This document shows positions 20,011 to 28,498 of a DNA stretch of 64,000 nucleotides, piece by piece. Below the pieces are notes generated by a model, which saw only the letters and a list, made by a program, of their open reading frames with translations, was not told where the DNA came from and searched no databases. The DNA is from Nannocystales bacterium (GTDB lineage Bacteria > Myxococcota_A > Polyangia > Nannocystales > Nannocystaceae). How positions within the stretch are numbered: the first letter of the stretch is position 1; each line of letters opens with the position of its first letter. The translations under genes were made by a program, and so were the position numbers. Location: NCBI GenBank assembly GCA_050633305.1, contig JBOEGF010000008.1, positions 488,249 to 552,248 of the forward strand, read 5' to 3'.

Positions 20011-21192
20011 ATGGCGACGGCACCCGCCCCGAGTGCGGTCCACATGCAGCGCTTTACGGTGCCGTTCGAGTACCCCGTCGTGTTCACGCGCGGCCTCCTC
20101 GAGACCGGCAACGAAACTCTTGCCTGGTCTCTCTCACGGCTCGAGCCAGCTGCCGAGCACCGAGCGTTGGTCGTGGTCGACGACGGCCTGGCATCACAGT
20201 GGCCGTCCCTCGATGCCGATCTTGCCAAGTACTTCGCCCACCATGCCGGGCTGAAACTCGCCGGCCCCGTGCGGTATGTGCCCGGCGGCGAGGCGGCGAA
20301 GGCTGGCAGCGGCACCGTGGACGCAGTGTTGGGTTGGATCGCAGAGGCCAGACTCGACCGGCACGCCTACGTCGTCGCCCTGGGCGGGGGGGCGGTGCTC
20401 GATGCGGTCGGCTACGCGACCGCCCTCGCCCACCGAGGCGTTCGGCTCGTGCGAGTGCCCACGACGGTCCTCGCCCAGAACGATGCCGGTGTTGGGGTCA
20501 AGAACGGCATCAACGCATTCGGTGGAAAGAACTTCCTGGGCACGTTCGAACCTCCGGCGGCGGTGCTCAACGACATCAACTGGGTCCGGACCCTACCCGA
20601 CCGCGACCGCATCGCCGGGATCGCCGAAGCCGTGAAGGTTGGCCTGATCCGCGATGCCAGCTTCTTCGTCTGGTTGGAGGAACACGCCGAGGCACTTCAC
20701 CGGGGTGAGGACAGCGCGACCGCCACGATGATCCGGCGATGCGCAGAACTCCACCTCCAGCACATTGCCACCAGCGGCGATCCCTTCGAACGTGGCAGCG
20801 CCCGCCCGCTGGACTATGGGCACTGGGCCGCACACAAGCTCGAGGTCCTCTCCGAACACGCGCTGCGTCACGGCGAGGCGGTCGCCATTGGGATGACGCT
20901 CGACGCCCACTACGCAGGACTCGTTGGTCGGCTTCCCCAGCCGCACGTGCGCCGTGTCGAAACGCTCCTGTGCGCGCTCGGCCTGCCCCGCTGGCACGAT
21001 GCGCTCGATCTGCGCACGGACGGATCGCGCCTCGTCCTGGCCGGCCTCGAGGAGTTTCGCGAGCACCTCGGCGGGCAGCTCACGATCACCCTCCTCGACG
21101 AAATCGGCCGCGGCGTCGAAGTCCACACAATCGATGAACCGCAGATGGACCGGGCGATCGAGGGATTGCGAGACCACCGAAGCGCACCATGA
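20011..21192 (+). CDS. eboD: 3-dehydroquinate synthase-like sugar-phosphate cyclase, EboD type
   Basis: Motifs GGGAVLD, RVPTT, GVGVKNGIN, EAVKV, PFERGSARPLDYGHWAAHKLE and LRHGEAV. Lies directly upstream of eboE and eboC. Confidence 0.88.
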   Translation: MATAPAPSAVHMQRFTVPFEYPVVFTRGLLETGNETLAWSLSRLEPAAEHRALVVVDDGLASQWPSLDADLAKYFAHHAGLKLAGPVRYVPGGEAAKAGSGTVDAVLGWIAEARLDRHAYVVALGGGAVLDAVGYATALAHRGVRLVRVPTTVLAQNDAGVGVKNGINAFGGKNFLGTFEPPAAVLNDINWVRTLPDRDRIAGIAEAVKVGLIRDASFFVWLEEHAEALHRGEDSATATMIRRCAELHLQHIATSGDPFERGSARPLDYGHWAAHKLEVLSEHALRHGEAVAIGMTLDAHYAGLVGRLPQPHVRRVETLLCALGLPRWHDALDLRTDGSRLVLAGLEEFREHLGGQLTITLLDEIGRGVEVHTIDEPQMDRAIEGLRDHRSAP

Positions 21193-22391
21193 AGCTCGAG
21201 TCCAGCACCGGCGAACTCGCGCACCTGACGTACTGCTCCAACATTCACCCTGGAGAATCCTGGCCAGAGGTTGCGGCGGCGCTCGCGGAGCACATCCCTC
21301 AGGTCCGCAGGGAGCTGGACTTTGACGGCGCGTTTGGGCTTGGTCTGCGTTTGTCCGCCCTGGCCGCGCGGGCGCTTCGGGATCCTGCAACGCTCGAATC
21401 TTTTCGCGCGTGGATGCATGCGAATGACGCGTACGTCTTCACGTTCAACGGATTCCCCTATGGACCGTTTCACGGAACTCCGGTGAAAGAGGCGGTCTAT
21501 CGGCCCGATTGGTCCACCCCACAGCGGGCAGCGTACACACTCGATCTCATCGACACGCTGGCCGCAATCATCCCCGACGGTATCTCGGGTTCGATCAGCA
21601 CAGTTCCAGGCTCGTTTCGTTTCGATCCTGCGGCAAGCGACCCCACATCGTTGTTGGAAGGGCTGGTCACCTGCGCCCTGCGGTGCTGGCATTGGCGTGA
21701 AACCGGCGGCCTCGATCTGAGCATCGGACTCGAGCCAGAGCCGATGTGCATGCTCGAGACGACCGACGAGGCGATTCGCTTCTTCGAAGACACGGTGTTC
21801 TCGACCGCTGCCCGCTCACTGTTCGCTGCGCGCAGTGGCTGTACAAGTAGACAGTCAGAGGAAGCCCTGCGTCGGCATCTGGGGGTGTGTTTTGATACGT
21901 GCCACGCGGCGGTCGAATTCGAAGACCCTGGCGCGGGAGCCCGCCGGCTGCGCGCCGCAGGGATCCGTATCTCGAAGGTCCAGGTCACCGCTGGCCTCGA
22001 GCTTCGCACCCCGACCGCGGCCGGAATCGAACAGCTGGAGGCGTTCGCGGAGGACACCTACCTCCACCAGGTCGTGATCAAGACCGACCGCGGATTGGTC
22101 CGCGTCCTCGATCTCCCCGAGGCACTCGAGCGCTGGCGAGAGGGGTCAATTGCGCCCGGACCCTGGAGAGTGCACCTGCACGTTCCTGTTTTCTCTCGAC
22201 TCATGGCTCCCCTGAGTGCGACGACTGAATTCATCGCCTCTGCACTGCCCGAGTTGCGCACCGCCTGCACGCATTTCGAAGTCGAGACCTATACCTGGTC
22301 CGTACTTCCCCCGACCCTCCGCGGGCTTTCTCGCTCGGCGTCCATCGCAAGAGAACTGCAGTGGACACGGGCACTTTGGCACTCCCCATGA
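21189..22391 (+). CDS. eboE: Metabolite traffic protein EboE (xylose isomerase-like TIM barrel)
   Basis: Motifs YCSNIHPGESW, NGFPYGPFH, VKEAVYRPDW, EPEP, DTCH, YLHQ, HLHVP and EVETYTW. Confidence 0.92.
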   Translation: MKLESSTGELAHLTYCSNIHPGESWPEVAAALAEHIPQVRRELDFDGAFGLGLRLSALAARALRDPATLESFRAWMHANDAYVFTFNGFPYGPFHGTPVKEAVYRPDWSTPQRAAYTLDLIDTLAAIIPDGISGSISTVPGSFRFDPAASDPTSLLEGLVTCALRCWHWRETGGLDLSIGLEPEPMCMLETTDEAIRFFEDTVFSTAARSLFAARSGCTSRQSEEALRRHLGVCFDTCHAAVEFEDPGAGARRLRAAGIRISKVQVTAGLELRTPTAAGIEQLEAFAEDTYLHQVVIKTDRGLVRVLDLPEALERWREGSIAPGPWRVHLHVPVFSRLMAPLSATTEFIASALPELRTACTHFEVETYTWSVLPPTLRGLSRSASIARELQWTRALWHSP

Positions 22392-23236
22392 AGCTGAACA
22401 CTGCACTCCGACTCGGTCGAACCTCGAACCTCCCCACGGTCTGGACCAACGTGCTCGCGGCCGCGGCACTCTCTGGAGGGACGCTGGGGCCCTCGCCCCT
22501 GCTGCTCGCGGCCCTCGCCGCTTCGGCCCTTTATGTCGGAGGGATGTTCCTCAACGACGCGTTCGATGCGGAATTCGATGCCGAGGAGTGCCCTCAGAGG
22601 CCAATTCCCGCGGGCGAGGTCTCCCGAACGACGGTCTGGCGGTGGGGATACGGACTGCTCGCTCTGGGCGCAATCCTGGCATTCGTCACGCGTCCGTCCG
22701 CGGGGTTTGCCGCGGTCGCGACCTGCGGAGCCATCGTGGCCTACAACGCTTGGCACAAACAAAACGCATTGAGCCCGGTCGTCATGGGACTGTGCCGTTT
22801 TGGTGTCTATGCGATTGGCGCGTTCGCGGTCACAGCAACACCGCAATCATCGGTGTGGCTCGGCGGCGTGCTTCTGATGGGGTACGTCCTTGGGCTCACG
22901 TACGCGGCAAAGTTTGAGAACAGGGGTGGAATGGGGCGTTGGGCCCCGTTGCTGGGTTTGGTGGCGCCCGCAATCGTCATATTACTGACGTGGTCCGGTG
23001 CCCCGTGGTTGCGCTCGTTCTTCGGTGGCTACGCGATGTGGGTACAAAGAGCGATCTCCCTGGTTCGGAGCGGAAAGCCGGAGAAGATTCGGAAAGCCAT
23101 CGGCGCTCTCATTGCCGGTATCGCCCTGTTGGACGCGATGGTGGTCGCGAACTGCGGTTCGACGGGCCTGGCGCTGGTTTGCGTTGCGGCCTTCGGGGCA
23201 TCCCTGGCTGCACAATCGCGGATCGCCGGAACCTGA
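22388..23236 (+). CDS. eboC: UbiA-family prenyltransferase, EboC type
   Basis: Motifs RTSNLPTVWTNV, GGMFLNDAFDAEFD...RPIPAG and MGLCR; multiple TM helices; ATGA overlap with eboE. Confidence 0.88.
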   Translation: MKLNTALRLGRTSNLPTVWTNVLAAAALSGGTLGPSPLLLAALAASALYVGGMFLNDAFDAEFDAEECPQRPIPAGEVSRTTVWRWGYGLLALGAILAFVTRPSAGFAAVATCGAIVAYNAWHKQNALSPVVMGLCRFGVYAIGAFAVTATPQSSVWLGGVLLMGYVLGLTYAAKFENRGGMGRWAPLLGLVAPAIVILLTWSGAPWLRSFFGGYAMWVQRAISLVRSGKPEKIRKAIGALIAGIALLDAMVVANCGSTGLALVCVAAFGASLAAQSRIAGT

Positions 23237-23278
23237 GACTCGAATTGCGAATGAGCCGGCGAGCCGCTACACATCCGT

Positions 23279-23695
23279 ATGGCTCAATCCCCTCTCGAAG
23301 AGTTCGTCGGTTCCATGACGATCTCCGAACTCGCGGACCGAAGCGGAAGGTCGGTCAGTCAGATTATCGCTTGGGCAACCCCGGGGAAATCGGGTGAAAG
23401 CAAACCAGCAGCTCCTCGAGCTGCTGCCAAGAAAGCGCCTGCAAAGCCAGCGCCTGCGGCGAGCACCGGTGGTGGCAAGAACGTCAACACCCGCACTCCC
23501 GAAGGTCGGGCTGCGTACGACGTCGCGGTCTTTGAGGCCGTGTCCGCTTCGAACAAGCCCATCGGGTCGTCGAAGCTTCGCAAGGCCATCGGCGGAACCC
23601 CGCTTCAGCTTCGCACGTCGCTGAACCGTCTCATCGAAGACGGGAAAGTGACCTACCAAGGCAAAGCTCGCGCGACGAAGTACTCACTGCGCTAG
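23279..23695 (+). CDS. Small basic DNA-binding protein (PAK-rich linker, C-terminal winged-helix-like domain)
   Basis: Histone-like linker KPAAPRAAAKKAPAKPAP. C-terminal wHTH-like segment LRTSLNRLIEDGKVTYQGKARATKY. Confidence 0.75.
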   Translation: MAQSPLEEFVGSMTISELADRSGRSVSQIIAWATPGKSGESKPAAPRAAAKKAPAKPAPAASTGGGKNVNTRTPEGRAAYDVAVFEAVSASNKPIGSSKLRKAIGGTPLQLRTSLNRLIEDGKVTYQGKARATKYSLR

Positions 23696-23730
23696 CAGTT
23701 CGCGTCACAATGCTACCGAGGGCCAGTCGT

Positions 23731-25098
23731 TCACTGAGAACGTCTGGCCCTCCACATTTCTGCGAGGCAGGTTTTTACCCCTCCGAGTGCTGCCTCTCGC
23801 GGCAAGTTGAACCGGCGAACCATCTCGTCGGCGATCATCTGCGCCGAACGGTTCCCATCGATCAGCTTCGCGACCGCGGCAAACATCGGGTGCGGTGGTC
23901 GATAGTCTTCCAGGCCAGGCCATGGCGAGACGACAACCGAAGGGTCCTCCAGCCAGACGGGGATCTCGGCTTCGCTCGGCGAACCAGGCAGGTCGGTCTT
24001 CTCGGCGAGAAACGTCGCAACTCCCTCGGTTCGTCCTTGGGACCCATCGGGGCTCTGCATATACAACAGACGGTCCCAACGGTGCCGAGCCAGGGAGAAC
24101 CCCGTCGCCTCAACGAGTTCGTGCACCTCATCCTCTCGGTACCGATGGGCAGGCTGCGTGTGCTTCGGCTGGTACAGCAAGGGCCCGTGGTTGAGCCACG
24201 CGCCACCGTCCCGAAGAGTCCGGTGGATCGTCGGCACGAGGGTGGCGAGGTCCTTCGGGACTTGGTCGATGAACCAGGGGGTCAGCACCAGGTCAAACGA
24301 GGCGTCCGGAACCGGCGGTTCCAGACCATCGGCAAACAGCAGATGAAACCCCTCGGCTGCCGCGTTCGAACAACCGAGCGCTCGCTCGACAGCGACGCGG
24401 TGACTGTCGCGTGGGGATCGCGGGAACTCGGTGAGCGTGACCGTCTCGCCCGCGAGCACGCGCCTCGCGACGAAGAACGGAAACGGGTTGATGTCGATGG
24501 CAACCGTGGTCTCGATGCCCGCCGCGCGATGCAGTTCGTAGGGTAGCCGGCACGCGCCCGCGCCGAGAACGAGCAACCGTTGAGGTCGCCGATCCCCCAG
24601 CGTATCGAGGAGAACTTCGAGCGCAGCCTCGGGCTCGCCTGGTCCCCAGCCCCAGTCGCGGTGAATCTGATCGAAATACGCGGTTGCCACGCCCTCTCCC
24701 GGGACGCGCTCGCCACGCGAGACCGGCTCGTCCACGGCCGGGACACCCGCGGACTCGAACACCGCCTCAACCTGATCGAGGTGTCGCTCGAGCGAGGCGC
24801 CCAAGCGCTGAAGCCGAGCGCGAGCCTTCGGCGGAAGCTCCTGACCGGCGAGTTGCGCAAGCACCAGATCCCCGGTTGCACGACTCTCGCGCGAGAACTG
24901 AGCCCGTTGGTTGCCCCAGTCTCGGAGCATGGACGCGGGGTCTGGGGTGAGAACCGGGATGCCGTCGACCCGAAGACCCACACGGGTGCACTCGGGGCAG
25001 TCTCGGCCAGCACCGTCCCAGTCCAGACGCAGCAGGCACCGGGGGCAATGTAGGTATGCATCTTTCACTGGCGCAGGTCCGGCAGACAACGACCACAT
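23731..25098 (-). CDS. SAM-dependent methyltransferase (carnosine N-methyltransferase/N2227-like) with N-terminal Zn ribbon and PqqD-like tail
   Basis: CPRC...CPEC...DGIPVL; IHRDWGW; VLGAGACRLPYEL; FDLVLTPWFID; GAWLNHGPLLY. C-terminal LIDGNRSAQMIADEM...F resembles PqqD. Alternative start GTG 25068. Confidence 0.75.
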   Translation of the reverse strand: MWSLSAGPAPVKDAYLHCPRCLLRLDWDGAGRDCPECTRVGLRVDGIPVLTPDPASMLRDWGNQRAQFSRESRATGDLVLAQLAGQELPPKARARLQRLGASLERHLDQVEAVFESAGVPAVDEPVSRGERVPGEGVATAYFDQIHRDWGWGPGEPEAALEVLLDTLGDRRPQRLLVLGAGACRLPYELHRAAGIETTVAIDINPFPFFVARRVLAGETVTLTEFPRSPRDSHRVAVERALGCSNAAAEGFHLLFADGLEPPVPDASFDLVLTPWFIDQVPKDLATLVPTIHRTLRDGGAWLNHGPLLYQPKHTQPAHRYREDEVHELVEATGFSLARHRWDRLLYMQSPDGSQGRTEGVATFLAEKTDLPGSPSEAEIPVWLEDPSVVVSPWPGLEDYRPPHPMFAAVAKLIDGNRSAQMIADEMVRRFNLPREAALGGVKTCLAEMWRARRSQ

Positions 25099-25274
25099 CG
25101 CAACATGTGAAATACGGTAAACGCAAGTTCAGACGGCTCGTGCGTGGCAAATCGGGGGTAGAGTTGGCCCCGACAGCCGGTTTTGTGTTTATGCGAAACC
25201 GCTGAAGGTTGCATGGCTGTCGGGCCATGCACGGACGGCCTGCAAAGGCGCACACGGATCCGAGGAGCTCTGCG

Positions 25275-27023
25275 TTGAAACTGCGAACCCGAATACTCTC
25301 CACGTCCCGCCCCCTCGCGACGCTCGGATTGCTGGCCCTGGTCGCCGCCGGCTGCAACGGAGGTGCCGCGAATGGTGGCGAGACGGATGGCGACAGCGGC
25401 ACCGACAGTGCCGAGACGATGCCGACCGACCCCACCAGCGGAGACACCGACGGAGACACCGACGGAGACACCGATGGCACCACCGGCGATACAGGGCCAG
25501 AGGGATTCGTGCCGCTCCCCGGAGGGATGCGAAAGCTCACCGCTCGGGAGTACACGGCATCGCTGGGACTCATGCTCGGGGACGCCGCGGCGACAGCCGC
25601 GATTCCCCCGCCAGACATCGCCCAAGAGGGTTTCGATGCGGTCGGCGCGTCCATCCTCGCTCTCCCGGCAGACACCATTGAACTCTACGAGCGCTCCGCA
25701 ACCGCGGTCGCCGACGCGGTCATCGAGAACCCCGCCGGGCTCCAGGCCTTGGTCCCGTGCGTCTCTGAGGACGCGAACGCTGCGTGTTACCGCGAGGTCG
25801 CGACCACGCTAGGCCGATTCGCGTATCGGCGCTCGCTCGACGCCGAGGAGATCGAGAGCATCGCCGGGTTCGGAGCCGCAGGCCAACAATGGGCGGACGA
25901 CGGTTCGTTCATGACCGGCCTTCGCTACGAGCTGATGGCCATCCTTCAGGCTCCGTCCTTCCTCTACATCCAAGAGGTTGGCGAGGCAGACGAGTCCGGC
26001 TACCGCCACCTGACGGGCCCCGAGTTGGCCTCGCGAATGTCCTTCTTCCTCACCGGGCACACCCCCACGCTCGAGTTGCTCGATGCGGCGGAGTCCGGTC
26101 AGCTCGACACGGCCGATCAGGTTCGCGCCCAAGCGGAGCTGATGGTCGCGAACTCGGAGGCCCGGACCGCCCTCGAGGCGTTCTTCTCGGAAGCCCTGCG
26201 ACTGCGCAGTCTCTCGGATGCCCCCAAGAACGCCGAGGTGTTCCCAGAGTTCAGCCCCGAGCTTGGCGAGTTGATGAAGGACGAGACGCTCCTACTTCTC
26301 TACGACATCATCTGGGACCGGGACGCGGACTTCCGCGAGCTGTTCAACGCGCGTCACACCTACGTCAACGACGCGCTCGCAGACCTCTACGGGATCCCAT
26401 CACCGGGCACCGGCCAACTGTTCGCACGCGTGGACTGGCCCGAGGACCAACTACGTGCGGGATACACCTCGCAGGCCAGCTTCTTGACCTGGCAGTCCGG
26501 TCCACTACGCAACTCCCCAACCAAGCGCGGCCTGTACATCCAAGAGCGGATCCTGTGCGGCGACATCCCGCCGCCCGACCCCAACGTCGACCTCGAGCTG
26601 CCGGAGGGAGAGGACCTCACGCTCAAAGAGCTTCTCGAGATGCACCTCGACCAACCGGGGTGTGCGAGCTGCCACGCGCTGACCGACCCGCTCGGCTTCG
26701 CCTTCGAACGCTACAGCGCGATCGGTGCGCTGCGCTTGATGGACAACGGCAAGCCCGTCGAGACCGACGGACAAGTCGAGGGCATCGGGATGTGGAACGA
26801 CGCTCGCGAACTTGGCGACGTTCTCGCGGCCGACCCCCGTACGGGTGACTGCCTCATTCAAAACCTCATGCGCGGCAGCCTCGGGCAGTCGCCCAGCGAG
26901 GATTCGCTGCCGGGCGTCGAAGACCTCGGCCTCACGTTTGCCGATACCGGCTACAGCGTGCAGTCCCTTCTGGTCGAAATGGCCGCTCACCCCCTGTTCC
27001 GTCTCGTCGACGAACCCAAGTAG
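25275..27023 (+). CDS. DUF1592/DUF1588-type lipoprotein with CxxCH
   Basis: TTG start after GAGGAG; lipobox VAAGC; MRKLTAREY, APSFLY, ELASRMSFFL, SPTKRGLYIQERILC and CASCH...DPLGFAFE. Confidence 0.88.
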   Translation: MKLRTRILSTSRPLATLGLLALVAAGCNGGAANGGETDGDSGTDSAETMPTDPTSGDTDGDTDGDTDGTTGDTGPEGFVPLPGGMRKLTAREYTASLGLMLGDAAATAAIPPPDIAQEGFDAVGASILALPADTIELYERSATAVADAVIENPAGLQALVPCVSEDANAACYREVATTLGRFAYRRSLDAEEIESIAGFGAAGQQWADDGSFMTGLRYELMAILQAPSFLYIQEVGEADESGYRHLTGPELASRMSFFLTGHTPTLELLDAAESGQLDTADQVRAQAELMVANSEARTALEAFFSEALRLRSLSDAPKNAEVFPEFSPELGELMKDETLLLLYDIIWDRDADFRELFNARHTYVNDALADLYGIPSPGTGQLFARVDWPEDQLRAGYTSQASFLTWQSGPLRNSPTKRGLYIQERILCGDIPPPDPNVDLELPEGEDLTLKELLEMHLDQPGCASCHALTDPLGFAFERYSAIGALRLMDNGKPVETDGQVEGIGMWNDARELGDVLAADPRTGDCLIQNLMRGSLGQSPSEDSLPGVEDLGLTFADTGYSVQSLLVEMAAHPLFRLVDEPK

Positions 27024-27034
27024 GGAGAACCCAG

Positions 27035-28405
27035 ATGCGCAACTTCAAGCTAAGCCGACGCCGCATGCTCCGAGGACTGGCCGGCGGTTCCTCCGTCGTC
27101 GTGGGCCTTCCCATCCTCGAGGCCATGCTCAACAGCCACGGCGACGCTCTCGCCGGTGGCGAAGCGCTCCCGCTGCGTTTCATGAGCTGGTACTGGGCCG
27201 ACGGCATGGTCATCGACCGCTGGGAGCCCCAGCAGGTCGGCAACAACTGGGAGCTCTCCGAGCAGCTCATGCCGCTGGCCAACGTGAAAGACCACGTCAC
27301 GGTCGTCTCCGGGATGCAGAACCGGTCGACCAACATCGTGACGCACCACGAGGGGATGTCCGGGTTCAACGGATACAACTTCGAACAAGCCGGTGGTTTC
27401 AACACCAACGCCGGCGGTCCGACCATCGACCAGCGCATCGCCGACACCCTCGAGGGCGTCACGCCCATTCGTGCAGCCCACGTCCGGGTCTCCAAGCGCG
27501 AGAGCACGGACGGCGACGGTGGCACCACGTACATCGCCATGTCCCACCGGGAAACCGAGGGCGGCGGATTGGTGGCACAGACGCCTCAGGTCAACCCGCA
27601 GGAGCTCTGGCAGCTTCTGTTCGGTGAGTTCGTGCCCAAGCCCGACGACAGCGAGCTGAGGACCAGCATCCTCGACTACGTCCGTGAAGACGCGGGCGCG
27701 CTCCGTGGCAACCTCGGAACCAAGGACCAGCAGCGAATCGACGCGCACCTCGAGGGCGTCTACGAACTCGAGCAGAAGATCCTGGCCACGCCGCCGACCT
27801 GCGACCTTCCCGACCTGCCGACCGAGACCAACACCGACACCGGTGGGGTCGAGCCCCTCTCCGCGACCAACGAGGCGATGGCGCGAATGATCGCGTACGC
27901 GTTCACGTGCGACATCACGCGAGTCGCGTCCTTCCAGCTCAAACGATTCGTCTCGGCGACCGTCTTCGACGAAATCGACGCCGGGGAGATCCACCACAGC
28001 GCGAGTCATCAAGGTCCGGGCAACGCCACCTACCAGGCCGGCGTCACCTACCAGATGCAGAAGTTCGCCGACCTCCTCGAGATCTTTGCGGAGACCGAGG
28101 ATCTCAACGGCGACACCCTGCTCGACACCTCGATCATCTACGCGACCAGCGACTGTTCCACTGGAGCCTCGCATGCGGTCGGCCGCCAGCCCATCTTGCT
28201 CGCAGGACACGGCCGCGGCTACCTGCAGCACCCCGGCATCCACTACCAAACGACGGCTTGGAACGGCAACCACAACAACCCGAACGGCGAGGAGAACATG
28301 TCCGACGTGTTGCTGACTTGCCTGCAGGCGTTTGACCCGGCGGCGGAGTCCGTCGGTGGCGGCCCACTCGAGTCCAACACGCCACTGACCGACATCGTCG
28401 CGTAG
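27035..28405 (+). CDS. DUF1552 domain protein (Tat-exported)
   Basis: Tat-like SRRRMLRG; GLPILEAM; TIDQRIA; AFTCDITRV; HHSASH. This is the usual partner of the upstream gene. Confidence 0.9.
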   Translation: MRNFKLSRRRMLRGLAGGSSVVVGLPILEAMLNSHGDALAGGEALPLRFMSWYWADGMVIDRWEPQQVGNNWELSEQLMPLANVKDHVTVVSGMQNRSTNIVTHHEGMSGFNGYNFEQAGGFNTNAGGPTIDQRIADTLEGVTPIRAAHVRVSKRESTDGDGGTTYIAMSHRETEGGGLVAQTPQVNPQELWQLLFGEFVPKPDDSELRTSILDYVREDAGALRGNLGTKDQQRIDAHLEGVYELEQKILATPPTCDLPDLPTETNTDTGGVEPLSATNEAMARMIAYAFTCDITRVASFQLKRFVSATVFDEIDAGEIHHSASHQGPGNATYQAGVTYQMQKFADLLEIFAETEDLNGDTLLDTSIIYATSDCSTGASHAVGRQPILLAGHGRGYLQHPGIHYQTTAWNGNHNNPNGEENMSDVLLTCLQAFDPAAESVGGGPLESNTPLTDIVA

Positions 28406-28421
28406 ACGTACAGTCCCTGAC

Positions 28422-28460
28422 GACAAGGCCGGCGCTGCATCGCAGCCGCCGGCCTTTGTC
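28422..28460. terminator. Hairpin between convergent DUF1552 and eboF genes
   Basis: gacaaggccggcgctgc-atc-gcagccgccggcctttgtc, followed by T-rich sequence. Confidence 0.6.
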
Positions 28461-28498
28461 TTGGTTGCTTGGAAGGCTCGACGACTCTTCCCACAAAC

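Noticed and set aside
20011..21192. Calling this gene housekeeping aroB
   Set aside because: The context (eboE, eboC) and the GSARPLDxGHWAAH motif fit the EboD subfamily better.
21300..23240. Somewhat lower GC and relaxed codon use in eboE/eboC as a sign of horizontal transfer
   Set aside because: Only an impression by eye. There are no mobility genes or boundaries, and a computed GC3/codon profile would be needed.
25438..25476. 12-bp tandem repeats, and other short repeats near 31500-31720, 32370-32400, 53305-53325 and 54105-54225, as CRISPR or VNTR arrays
   Set aside because: All are in-frame low-complexity linkers inside CDSs, with no unique spacers and no cas genes.
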